The position numbers and the translations under genes are program-made. The notes beneath the pieces were generated by a model that saw only the letters and a program-made list of their open reading frames with translations, searched no databases and was not told where the DNA came from. Shown here piece by piece: positions 35,402 to 44,767 of a stretch of 64,000 nt of DNA (within the stretch, counting starts at the first letter, position 1; each line of letters opens with the position of its first letter). This DNA comes from an uncultured Candidatus Saccharibacteria bacterium (GTDB taxonomy: Bacteria; Patescibacteriota; Minisyncoccia; Portnoybacterales; UBA2143), in NCBI GenBank assembly GCA_964413015.1, contig CAYPQZ010000008.1, positions 111,626 to 175,625 on the forward strand. Direction: 5' to 3'.

Positions 35402-37105
35402 TTACTCGGGTTCCCCGTTGCCGGTTTGTGTTGGATACAAGTCGGGGGATTTGTAGTTGGAATAGAACTCCTGCTGGTCAATTAACTGGCCATCCTGATA
35501 AATTTCCTGATACAAGATGGTTTTCATAGAACCGTCTTTATTGCTTTCCAGAATGTAGGGTCCTTTAACTTTCGTCTCGCGGCCGTCATCAGTGCCGTAA
35601 AAGTTAAAAATCAGCTGATATCCCTGAAACTTGGTTTCAATCAATAAGTGGTTAGGAGTGTTGTTGATAAAACGGAGGTCGGGATGAGGTTCATAAATAG
35701 TTGCATCAAATCCTTGCGGATTGTAGTATTGGACAGGAAAAGCGTGAGGCGACCGTTCAGTAATCTTTAAGCCGCTCTTAACCGCGGCTCTGAAAAAAGT
35801 GGTTGAGACTTGACAAAGACCGCCTCCGTATTCAGGCAGGGTCTCGTTTTTTTTGATGACCAGTTCGGGCAAAAATCCCTGTTCGGCTCCACTGCCGCCT
35901 AAAAGATTATTAAAAGAAAATTCTTCTCCCGGATTAAGAATCAGGCCATTAAATTTAGCTGTTCCGATTTTAATATTGTGAATTCGGTTTTTAGGAGAAC
36001 CGTAAAAATTAGAAGCGCCCTGTCCAAGCAAAACATTAATTCCCAGACCGTTAGTTTGGTCAAGGGTAATCTTGGGCAAAAGCTTTTGAGCTGTAACGTA
36101 AGTTTTTTTAACTGGCGGTTTGGCTGTAATATTCTGAATTAACTGTTCCAGAGTTTTGTCTATGTCAATTCCGTAACCTTCTTGGTCCGGGACAAAAACA
36201 GTTGCCTGGTTGCCCTTAGTTTCTAATTGGGCGTCAATTGGGTAGCTGTTAATAGTTGAAGTTATTTCTACTAAATATTCTTTGATTCTTTTTTTGTCCA
36301 GGGAAACGCCTAGAATTTGATTATCGATTCCGTCTTTCGGAACCGGTTCAAATTTGAGCCAATCAACTAAAATTTTCTTGTCGATATTCCAAGCCCTTGT
36401 TTCTAGTATCAATTGATAGGGTCGTCCGGATAAAATCCTTTGAGCTTCTTCTTTAGCTGCGTCTACTTCGTCATTTTTAACGGTTGGTTCAATAAAAGAT
36501 ATCTCTAGATTAATCTGTTTATTGGATAGCGTATTGATTAATTCCGTTAAATCGGCTAAGAGCTTTTCCCGGTCAACCACTAGGCCGTTAGCTGAATCTT
36601 GGACTAAAAAATCATTGTTTGATTCATCAAAATATAAAGAGGCGTTTTTAACCGGTGTTTCAATATCTTTGAAAAGTTCTTGTGTTTGTTTTTGGAATTT
36701 CTCTTGGTTGACTGAGCAAATAGGCTTAAGGTCATAAAGACCGATCAATGCGGCCAATTGCTCTTTCGTATTAACGAAGAAATTATTCCCGCGACCAATT
36801 TGGTAAAGATTTTTAAGAGTAGTCGGTTCATCAGCTTGCAGCCCCAAATCATTTATTCTAGCTTTTAATTCATGGATTTCTGTTTGACTGGTAAAAACTA
36901 TTTCCTGCTGGTATAGGTTTTCCGTTTTATCTCTTAAAGCTTTTTGGGCAGCGAATATTTTCTGGCCGCCAAAATTAAAACCAGCCAATTTAACTCCCCA
37001 AGCAATTCTTTCTCCGTTGGCTATCTGTAGAGCTAGAATTAAGTATATCAGACAAATTAAAAAAATTAGGAGCGTTTTGGTTAATTGACTGGTGATTTTT
37101 ATCAT
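35402..37105 (-). CDS. VanW-family protein
   Basis: GGGLCQVSTTFFRAAVKSGLKITERSPHAFPVQYY...GFDATIY VanW core; N-terminal TM. Confidence 0.7.
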   Translation of the reverse strand: MIKITSQLTKTLLIFLICLIYLILALQIANGERIAWGVKLAGFNFGGQKIFAAQKALRDKTENLYQQEIVFTSQTEIHELKARINDLGLQADEPTTLKNLYQIGRGNNFFVNTKEQLAALIGLYDLKPICSVNQEKFQKQTQELFKDIETPVKNASLYFDESNNDFLVQDSANGLVVDREKLLADLTELINTLSNKQINLEISFIEPTVKNDEVDAAKEEAQRILSGRPYQLILETRAWNIDKKILVDWLKFEPVPKDGIDNQILGVSLDKKRIKEYLVEITSTINSYPIDAQLETKGNQATVFVPDQEGYGIDIDKTLEQLIQNITAKPPVKKTYVTAQKLLPKITLDQTNGLGINVLLGQGASNFYGSPKNRIHNIKIGTAKFNGLILNPGEEFSFNNLLGGSGAEQGFLPELVIKKNETLPEYGGGLCQVSTTFFRAAVKSGLKITERSPHAFPVQYYNPQGFDATIYEPHPDLRFINNTPNHLLIETKFQGYQLIFNFYGTDDGRETKVKGPYILESNKDGSMKTILYQEIYQDGQLIDQQEFYSNYKSPDLYPTQTGNGEPE

Positions 37106-37186
37106 TCATTTTATATTACCATAGCTGTGGATAACTGGCAATAAAAAAATCAGCCCTAGGGCTGATTTTTTCTTTTTGCAAAGAGC

Positions 37187-37759
37187 TTATTCGGTTTTTA
37201 TGGTTATCTTTTTAGTTTTAACTTTTTCAATTTTAGGAAGCCGGATTGTCAGAATGCCGTTTTTCATAGAGGCGTCTGATTGGTCTACTTCAACGTCAAC
37301 TGGCAGAATAACCGAACGGGAGAAAGGTCCCCAGTAGCATTCCTGATAATAGTAATCTTCCTCTTTTACCTCTTCGTCTTTTTCCCGATTGCCTTTAATA
37401 GTAATCATGTCATTCGTCATAGTTATATCAATATCTTCCGGTTTAACTCCGGCAATAGTTGATTTAATAACGACTTCGTTAGGTGTCTGATAGACGTCAA
37501 TTGTCAATTGGCCTTCTGATTCAGTCAACCATTCTTCTGATTCTTTAAATTCAGCCGGTTTTTCTTTTTTAGCTGGTTTTGGCGAAGCCGAGACTTTTTT
37601 AGCAGAATTTTCCATTTCTTCATTAAAAGACAATTTTGATTTTTCTTTTTTGTCAGGGGATTCAGTTTTAACCGGTTTGACCTTTTTTTGTTTCCCGGCG
37701 TCGTTGTCCGACCAGTTGGCGCCGGTTAGTTTTTCTAAAAACGATGGTTTTTTAGCCAT
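37187..37759 (-). CDS. Hsp20/alpha-crystallin family small heat-shock protein with Lys-rich N-terminal extension
   Basis: ACD core (IDVYQT...ILTIRLPK). Confidence 0.75.
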   Translation of the reverse strand: MAKKPSFLEKLTGANWSDNDAGKQKKVKPVKTESPDKKEKSKLSFNEEMENSAKKVSASPKPAKKEKPAEFKESEEWLTESEGQLTIDVYQTPNEVVIKSTIAGVKPEDIDITMTNDMITIKGNREKDEEVKEEDYYYQECYWGPFSRSVILPVDVEVDQSDASMKNGILTIRLPKIEKVKTKKITIKTE

Positions 37760-37765
37760 ATTAAT

Positions 37766-37796
37766 CTTGAAGCTTGAAGCTTGAAACTTGAAACTT
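37766..37796. repeat. 4 tandem heptamers CTTGAAG/CTTGAAA immediately upstream of hsp20 start
   Basis: CTTGAAGCTTGAAGCTTGAAACTTGAAACTT. Confidence 0.8.
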
Positions 37797-37832
37797 ATTC
37801 TTGTTTCAGGTTTATACTTTAGGTTCCAAGGT

Positions 37833-38576
37833 TTATTTTATACAAACAGATTGTTGTTTTTTAAGTTTTTTGAAAAAGAAAGAAACGAAAATTGCGGCGG
37901 AGAGAATAAGGAGAATGATGAGGAAATAGAAAATAGCATTTTGTCTTTCAGCGATAGTGATTATAAAATAATTATAGCAGGCGTGGAAAATAATAGCAAT
38001 GCTTAATCCGGAAAGAATTAGCAGTTTCTTTTTTTTGAGTTTCAAAAGGCCTAAAGCGATATAGTAACCGACAATGCCAGCTGCCAGAGCGTGGACGAAA
38101 GTAGCCCCTATAAATCGGAAGCCGATTATTGCCAGAGCTTCTGACATAAGCATTGAAGAAGACCTAAAAAGAATTAACAGATTCTCTACGGCAGCAAATC
38201 CCAAGCCGGTTATAATGCAGTATAACATGGCGTCAGTGGGTTCGTCAAATACTGAGTTTCTAAGGATTTTGATTTTAACCAGCGAATATTTTAAAGATTC
38301 TTCAACTAAGGCCGGAATTAAAGTGGCGGCTAGGATAATTCTGATTAGGCCGTTCTGGGGGATACCGGATAGGAAAGACGATATCTTAAAGTCCGGGTAA
38401 AGCAGCCAGATTAAAAATAATTCCAAGATAACGGCTATCGGAGCCAGTAGCATGCCATAGGCGAAGATTTTTAGTATCATCGAGTTAGGCTCTGGGTGTT
38501 TATCTTTTCTTAAATAAAAAACCAGCCAGATTAAACTAGGCAATAAACCAAGCAAAATGTAGAAAAGATATTGCAT
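37833..38576 (-). CDS. PrsW-family intramembrane metalloprotease
   Basis: EESLKY and GLGFAAVENLLY-type motifs, multi-TM. Confidence 0.65.
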   Translation of the reverse strand: MQYLFYILLGLLPSLIWLVFYLRKDKHPEPNSMILKIFAYGMLLAPIAVILELFLIWLLYPDFKISSFLSGIPQNGLIRIILAATLIPALVEESLKYSLVKIKILRNSVFDEPTDAMLYCIITGLGFAAVENLLILFRSSSMLMSEALAIIGFRFIGATFVHALAAGIVGYYIALGLLKLKKKKLLILSGLSIAIIFHACYNYFIITIAERQNAIFYFLIILLILSAAIFVSFFFKKLKKQQSVCIK

Positions 38577-38597
38577 GAAAAAGCTGCTTTTTAAGGG

Positions 38598-40706
38598 CTA
38601 TCCTTTAGGGACTTTAAGGACTGGCCAATCCTCAATCATTAAAAATTCTTTTTCTTTGAAGTTTAATTGTTGATAAATTGATTCAGTAACGAAAGGCATA
38701 AACGGATGGAGCAATTTCAGCGAATCCAGAAGAACTCGGGTCAGTATCCGTTGGGTCTGTTCGTTATTATGTTTTTTTGAGGCTTCTATGTATTTATCGC
38801 AGAAATCGTGCCAGAAAAAATCATAAAGGATGTGAGCCGCCTGTCCGAAACGGAAATTCTCCAAGTCAGCATTTATTTTTTTGGTGACTGTAGATAATTG
38901 CTTTAATATTAATTTATCCGCTGGCGTCAATTTGTTATAAAGTTTGACATTGAAAGTAGCGACATTGCCAGAGGCAAGGTCGCGCTCGAAAGGTCGAACC
39001 TTATGATCAACGGCGTTTAAAACAAATCGGCTAGCATTCCATATTTTATTAGCGAATTTTTTCCCCATCAGGATATTTTCTTCAGAAAAGTGGACATCCT
39101 GACTGCCTAATGATTGGTAGATAAGACCGAATCTGGTTGCATCGGCTCCGTATTGATCGACTAATTCTAAGGGGTCACGGCCCGTTCCTAGCGATTTACT
39201 CATCCGCTGGCCGCTTTTTGTCAGAATTGTCGCGTGGATAATTATGTCAGTAAAAGGTATTTTTTCAGTCAATTCCAGGCCGGAGAAAATCATTCGGGCA
39301 ACCCAGAGATTAATAATGTCCCGGGCGGTGCTTAGAATGTCGGTTGGATAAAATTCTCTCAAATCCCTGGTTTTTTCAGGCCAGCCCAGAGTGGCGAAAG
39401 GCCATAAGGCGGAAGAAAACCAAGTATCCAGCACATCAGTTTCTCCTTTGATAGGAATCTTATGTCCCCACCATATCTGGCGGGAAATACACCAGTCCTG
39501 GATATTCTTTAACCAATCGAAATATACTTTTTCCCATCGCTTGGGATGGAATTTAATTTTGCCGTCCTTAACCGCCTGGAGCGCTTTTTGGGCTAATTTG
39601 TCCATTTTCAAAAACCATTGTTTGCTGATTAACGGTTCAACGGCGTTATTGCAGCGATAACAACAGGGGATTTGATGAAAGTAGTCTTCTGTTTTTTTCA
39701 AAAGGCCTTGCTTTTCTAATTCCTGGACGACTTTTTCTCGCGCTTGCAAAATTGTTAAGTTTTCAAATTTTTTTCCGGACTGAGCAGTCATTTTCCCTTT
39801 TTCGCCGATTATCCGGATAAAGGGCAATTTGTGGCGTTGAGCCATTCCCGCATCAACTGGAGAATGTGCCGGAGTAACTTTAACTGCTCCGGTGCCAAAT
39901 TTCGGGTCAATCACTTTGTCGGCAATAATCGGGATTTCTCTATTAATCAGAGGTAAAATTACCTTTTGGCCGATTAGCTTTTTATATCTTTTGTCATTTG
40001 GGTGGACCGCTACGGCCGTGTCACCTAGCATTGTTTCCGGTCGGGTCGTCGCTACAGTTATATATCCCTTCCCTTTAAGCAAAGGATATTTCAGATACCA
40101 AAGATGGCTTTTTTCTTCTTTATATTCCAGCTCTAAATCAGACAAACTGGTCTGGCAGCGGGGACACCAATTAATCATTCTTTTTCCCTGATAAATCCAG
40201 CCTTTTTTATGGTAATGAAGAAAGGCCTGTTTGACCGCTTTTTGATAATTCGGACTCATGGTAAAAGCAGTTCGCGACCAGTCACAGGAACAGCCCAGTT
40301 TTTTTAATTGTAGCAGGATTAAATCGCCGTATTTTTTTCGCCATTTCCAGATTTTTCCCAGGAATTTTTCTCTTCCTAAGTCATAGCGGGTCAGCCCTTG
40401 TTTTTTTAAATCTTTTTCCACTACGTTTTGAGTGGCAATGCCGGCGTGGTCAGTCCCGGGCAGCCAAAGAGCCCTATATCCGGACATTCTTTTCCATCGA
40501 ATAAGGATGTCTTGAGTAAAGGCATTCAAGGCATGTCCCATATGCAGTTCGCCAGTAATATTAGGCGGGGGAATTACGATAGAATATTTCTTAGCTGTTT
40601 TTTTGACTGGCAGTTTATCGGGGTTAAAATAACCCGACTTTTCCCAAAGCCGGTAAATCTTTTTTTCGTTATCTTGAGGATTGTACGGTTTAGAAGATTG
40701 TTTCAT
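38598..40706 (-). CDS. valS: valyl-tRNA synthetase (short, no C-terminal coiled coil)
   Basis: PPPNITGELHMGHA (HIGH), KMSKSLGT (KMSKS), DTWFSSALWPFATLGWP. Confidence 0.8.
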   Translation of the reverse strand: MKQSSKPYNPQDNEKKIYRLWEKSGYFNPDKLPVKKTAKKYSIVIPPPNITGELHMGHALNAFTQDILIRWKRMSGYRALWLPGTDHAGIATQNVVEKDLKKQGLTRYDLGREKFLGKIWKWRKKYGDLILLQLKKLGCSCDWSRTAFTMSPNYQKAVKQAFLHYHKKGWIYQGKRMINWCPRCQTSLSDLELEYKEEKSHLWYLKYPLLKGKGYITVATTRPETMLGDTAVAVHPNDKRYKKLIGQKVILPLINREIPIIADKVIDPKFGTGAVKVTPAHSPVDAGMAQRHKLPFIRIIGEKGKMTAQSGKKFENLTILQAREKVVQELEKQGLLKKTEDYFHQIPCCYRCNNAVEPLISKQWFLKMDKLAQKALQAVKDGKIKFHPKRWEKVYFDWLKNIQDWCISRQIWWGHKIPIKGETDVLDTWFSSALWPFATLGWPEKTRDLREFYPTDILSTARDIINLWVARMIFSGLELTEKIPFTDIIIHATILTKSGQRMSKSLGTGRDPLELVDQYGADATRFGLIYQSLGSQDVHFSEENILMGKKFANKIWNASRFVLNAVDHKVRPFERDLASGNVATFNVKLYNKLTPADKLILKQLSTVTKKINADLENFRFGQAAHILYDFFWHDFCDKYIEASKKHNNEQTQRILTRVLLDSLKLLHPFMPFVTESIYQQLNFKEKEFLMIEDWPVLKVPKG

Positions 40707-40850
40707 TCTGTAAGCGCAGAAAACAATTTTTTTGAATCTTAGGTGTAGGCGTGCTGTTCTGCCGCAGGCAAAATAGGGCTAAGCGATTCAAAAAAATTTG
40801 TTTTCGGAGCTTAAGATACGTTATATCTTTTTATACCAGAAATTTTAGTT

Positions 40851-41915
40851 TTAAGCAATTAGTTTTAAGTTAGCATCGGCCTGGATTTTACGCCAGTTTT
40901 TTTTAGAAGCTGGCCTTTTTTTATGCCAGGCGGCCGCGGCAATCATAGCGGCATTGTCGGTACATAAATTTTTTGGCGGGACCAAAAAAATTAGCTTACT
41001 GTCTATAGCAGACAGCTTACTGCCGAATTGTTTGCGGAGTTCTTGGTTAGCGGCTACTCCGCCGGCCAGCATAACTGTTTTGACTTGATATTTTATAATC
41101 GCTTGAATGGTTTTGCTAACTAAAACGTCAATTACCGCTTGTTGGAATGAAGCCGACATATCAGAGATAAGAACAGTCCCCAAATCTTTTGGGGACTGTT
41201 CTTTATGTTTCCGGACTTCGTAAAGCACCGCTGTTTTCAGGCCGGAAAAAGAAAAATCAAAATCATTTGTTTTGAGCATTGGCCGGGGCAGTTCAAAAAA
41301 TTGAGGATTGCCCTTTCGGGCTTTTTGAGAAACAATGGGCCCGCCTGGATAGCCAAGATTTAACAGTTTGGCTACCTTATCAAAGGCCTCGCCAGCCGCA
41401 TCATCCCGAGTCTCTCCCAATAATTGATATTTCTCATGGCCTTTCATTAAAATTAACTGGGTATGTCCGCCTGAGACCACTAAACAGAGAATAGGAAATT
41501 TTGGTTTAGAAATTAGAAATTGGAAATTAGAAATTTCGCTAATTGGCTTTAGCCAATTAGCGTATATATGTCCTTCAATGTGGTTGATTCCAATAATCGG
41601 TTTTTGCCATTTATAAGCCAGGGCTTTGGCGAAATTAACCCCGACTAAAAGCGAAGGTATCAAACCGGGCCCAACGGTTACGGCAATTAAATCAATCTTA
41701 CGGCAGTGAGATTTTTCGAGCGCTTCTTTTAAAACCGGCTGAATATTTTTCAAATGTTCCCGGGCCGCTAAGTTAGGGACTATCCCGCCATAAGGAGCAT
41801 GCATTTTTATTTGCGAAGAAACTATGTTCGACAAAATCCAACAGCCTTTCCGGTTGCCTTCTATTAAAGCAATCCCTGTATCATCGCAAGATGTTTCAAT
41901 TCCCAGAATAATCAT
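40851..41915 (-). CDS. tsaD: tRNA N6-adenosine threonylcarbamoyltransferase
   Basis: ILGIETSCDDTGIALI N-terminus, Kae1/TsaD family. Confidence 0.85.
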   Translation of the reverse strand: MIILGIETSCDDTGIALIEGNRKGCWILSNIVSSQIKMHAPYGGIVPNLAAREHLKNIQPVLKEALEKSHCRKIDLIAVTVGPGLIPSLLVGVNFAKALAYKWQKPIIGINHIEGHIYANWLKPISEISNFQFLISKPKFPILCLVVSGGHTQLILMKGHEKYQLLGETRDDAAGEAFDKVAKLLNLGYPGGPIVSQKARKGNPQFFELPRPMLKTNDFDFSFSGLKTAVLYEVRKHKEQSPKDLGTVLISDMSASFQQAVIDVLVSKTIQAIIKYQVKTVMLAGGVAANQELRKQFGSKLSAIDSKLIFLVPPKNLCTDNAAMIAAAAWHKKRPASKKNWRKIQADANLKLIA

Positions 41916-42008
41916 GGTTATAAAGGACGGTCCTTTAATTGCTGTCCTTTAATTATCTTACAAGAAACATTGTTTTTTTTCAATTTTCCTGTTAAGATTC
42001 ATACGAAT

Positions 42009-42062
42009 GGCCCCATCGTCTAGCTGCCTCTTCGGCAGCCCACCGATGAGGTGGGTGGTTTT
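42009..42062 (+). pseudogene. duplicated 5' 15 nt of tRNA-Glu followed by two hairpins
   Basis: GGCCCCATCGTCTAG at 42009-42023 equals 42063-42077. Then CTGCCTCTTCGGCAG and CCCACCGATGAGGTGGG hairpins. Confidence 0.6.
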
Positions 42063-42134
42063 GGCCCCATCGTCTAGTGGTTAGGACACCAGGTTTTCAT
42101 CCTGGCAACAGGAGTTCGATTCTCCTTGGGGCTG
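42063..42134 (+). tRNA. tRNA-Glu (TTC)
   Basis: Anticodon loop UU-TTC-AU, T-loop AGTTCGATTCT. Confidence 0.8.
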
Positions 42135-42185
42135 CATGATGAATTGACAAAATAGCACGGATGTGCTATTTTGTTTTGAGAAAAT

Positions 42186-43892
42186 ATGAAAAACAGATTA
42201 TTGGCGACAATTTTGATTATTTGTTTGGGTGGCGGTTTTGGATTTTCTACAAAGGCTTTTCAAACAAAGGATACCTTCCCCAAAATCGCCGACTACTATT
42301 TACAGCCTTTAGTTCCGGAATCAATCTATGACGACCTGTCTAAATACGATTTGTTAATTTTGGACGTTGATGTTCAGACAATTGACCCGAATATATTTTC
42401 TTTAATAAAAGAAAGGAATCCCGGAGTTCAATTTCTCGCCTATATCCCTAGCCAGAGCGTCAACACCCAAGATTTAAGTTCCTGGGCGTGTTTTCGGAAT
42501 CTAGTTTATGATAAGGTGAGCGATAATGACTGGTGGCTCAGGGATAGCCAGGGAAATTTTATCAGCTTTTCGGATATTTGGCCGGATATTAAATTTGTTG
42601 ACCCTGGCCGGGGCTGGAACAACTATTTATCATCTTTGGCAGAAGAGAATGTTATTGAACGCGGCGTTTGGGATGGGATTTTCTACGATATGTTTTTTGC
42701 CAATTTAAGCTGGTTGAATAACGGAGACATTGATATAAACCGGGACGGTCAGACGGATAGCTCTGAAGAGATTAATAATTATTGGCAAATTTGGATGACT
42801 GACTTACTGGACCAGACCAAGTTAAAAATTGACGAATATCCTTTAGTGGCCAATGTTGATATAGCTGGCGAATACCAAAAGGAACTGAATGGTTTAATGA
42901 TGGAGAACTTTCCGGCTGAATGGCTGGGAGAAAACGGTTGGTCGGTTTTAATTGACCAGTATTTGAATGTTCTGCCTTTGAATAATCAACAGCCGCAGAT
43001 TTACGTCATTAACTCAAATACTGGCAATGCCGGTAAAATGGGAAGCTACCGGGAAATGCGCTTCGGCCTGGCCAGCGCCCTTTTAGGTGACGGCTATTAT
43101 TCCTTTGATTCAGGAGATCAGAATCACAGCCAAGTTTGGTTTTATGACGAATACGAGACCTATCTGGGCCGGGCTGTTTCTTCTGCCTATAATTTGCTTG
43201 ATAAAGATAATCAAGAAATTAAGCCGGGATTGTGGAGACGCAATTTTGAGCAAGGTATTGTTTTGGTTAATTCAACTGACCAGAAACAAGAATATTTTTT
43301 CGGCCGGGAGGAATTTATCAAAATAAATGGCCAGCAAGACAGGCGGGTTAATAACGGAATTAAGATTAATAGCATCAGCTTAGAATCAAAAGACGGGATT
43401 GTTTTGTTAAAAACAGTTGACCAGATCAGAAACAATTCTTTTTTAAATGGCAGCTTTGTTCGGGTTTTTAATCAGTGTGGTCAGCAGGTTAAAAACGGGT
43501 TTTTTTCTTTTAATGATAATTTTCCCGGCCAGTTGCTTCTCTTGAAAACTAAATTTGACGAAAAGGGCGATTCTGTGGTATTAGTTAATGAAACAGGGGG
43601 AATTGAGATTTATCAGAATGACGAGAAAACTAGAAATTTAACGCCTTATCGAGGGGGCGGAAACGGAATTTCTTTTGCTATCGGCGACGTTGACCAGGAC
43701 GGCCAACCGGAAATTATTACCGGTCCGGGTCCGGGCGGCGGTCCTCATATCAAGATATTCTCTTTAGACGGTCAGCTCGAAAGCGAATTTATGGCTTATG
43801 ACAGTAATTTTACAGGCGGAGTCAGGGTAATGTCCGACGATCTTGATAAGGACGGCCAAGACGAAATTTTAGCCGGAATAATTAATTTTTAA
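42186..43892 (+). CDS. secreted protein with C-terminal FG-GAP/VCBS-like repeats and N-terminal glycoside-hydrolase-like region
   Basis: Signal peptide. C-terminal DVDQDGQPEIITGPGPGGGPHIKIF / DLDKDGQDEILAG repeats. Confidence 0.45.
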   Translation: MKNRLLATILIICLGGGFGFSTKAFQTKDTFPKIADYYLQPLVPESIYDDLSKYDLLILDVDVQTIDPNIFSLIKERNPGVQFLAYIPSQSVNTQDLSSWACFRNLVYDKVSDNDWWLRDSQGNFISFSDIWPDIKFVDPGRGWNNYLSSLAEENVIERGVWDGIFYDMFFANLSWLNNGDIDINRDGQTDSSEEINNYWQIWMTDLLDQTKLKIDEYPLVANVDIAGEYQKELNGLMMENFPAEWLGENGWSVLIDQYLNVLPLNNQQPQIYVINSNTGNAGKMGSYREMRFGLASALLGDGYYSFDSGDQNHSQVWFYDEYETYLGRAVSSAYNLLDKDNQEIKPGLWRRNFEQGIVLVNSTDQKQEYFFGREEFIKINGQQDRRVNNGIKINSISLESKDGIVLLKTVDQIRNNSFLNGSFVRVFNQCGQQVKNGFFSFNDNFPGQLLLLKTKFDEKGDSVVLVNETGGIEIYQNDEKTRNLTPYRGGGNGISFAIGDVDQDGQPEIITGPGPGGGPHIKIFSLDGQLESEFMAYDSNFTGGVRVMSDDLDKDGQDEILAGIINF

Positions 43893-43894
43893 TT

Positions 43895-44626
43895 ATGGAT
43901 GATAAAAAAACAAATAAAAGAATAAATTATAAGGCCTGGTTGGTTATTCTAACCGTTACGGCCTTGGCTTTTACCAATGCCTTAATTTCAGTTCGCCATT
44001 GGGAGCTAAATCAAGAAGTTAACTTGCTTTCCAGCAGCATCAGCAGTATTGTCGCTTATCATGGAGAGAAAGCTGTTCAAGGGGAAGAAGACGACTCAAC
44101 CGATAAAGACGACGGAGAACAAAAAAATAATCAACCGGAAGAAGCGCCTAAGACTGTTTTAGAAATTAAATCAGGCGGATATTATTACAGTTCGCAGGGA
44201 GACCAGTTGGGAATTGGCCCTTTGCCTCCTGAAGTTGATATTCAGACAAACTACTGGGTTTTCTGGGAAATAGATTCAGCTGAAGGAGTTAGAGATATTG
44301 AGATAACCGGCGAGTTGCCGGATAAAGTTGTTTGGACAAACAAAAAAACCGTTACTGCTGGAAGTTTGCATTTTGGAGAAGTTGGCCGTCGGGTGGTCTG
44401 GTTAAATAACGAGATTGACTTAAAGAGTCCTTGTAAAGTTGGTTTTGAGATAGGCCTGATTCCTAGAGGAAACGATATTGGCAAGACTATGGATTTGCTG
44501 ACAGATATTGAATATCAGGCAATAAGTAGATATACTGGAGAAAAAATTAGCGGGAGCCTAGATAAAATTACTACCAATTTGAAATTTGATGATTTGGCTT
44601 CAGGCAAAGGTGAAGTTGTCCAGTAA
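43895..44626 (+). CDS. hypothetical membrane-anchored protein
   Basis: One N-terminal TM, no recognisable domain. Confidence 0.4.
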   Translation: MDDKKTNKRINYKAWLVILTVTALAFTNALISVRHWELNQEVNLLSSSISSIVAYHGEKAVQGEEDDSTDKDDGEQKNNQPEEAPKTVLEIKSGGYYYSSQGDQLGIGPLPPEVDIQTNYWVFWEIDSAEGVRDIEITGELPDKVVWTNKKTVTAGSLHFGEVGRRVVWLNNEIDLKSPCKVGFEIGLIPRGNDIGKTMDLLTDIEYQAISRYTGEKISGSLDKITTNLKFDDLASGKGEVVQ

Positions 44627-44767
44627 TTTTTTTATGCCCCGTAGAGAAACTTTGACCCATTCGCCAAGGGCGAATAATAATCATGCGGGGATATATAATT
44701 GTAGAATAAACTAAGAATATTAAGAACTTTGATTTTTTAAATTAATGTCAAAGTTCTTCTACGGGGC

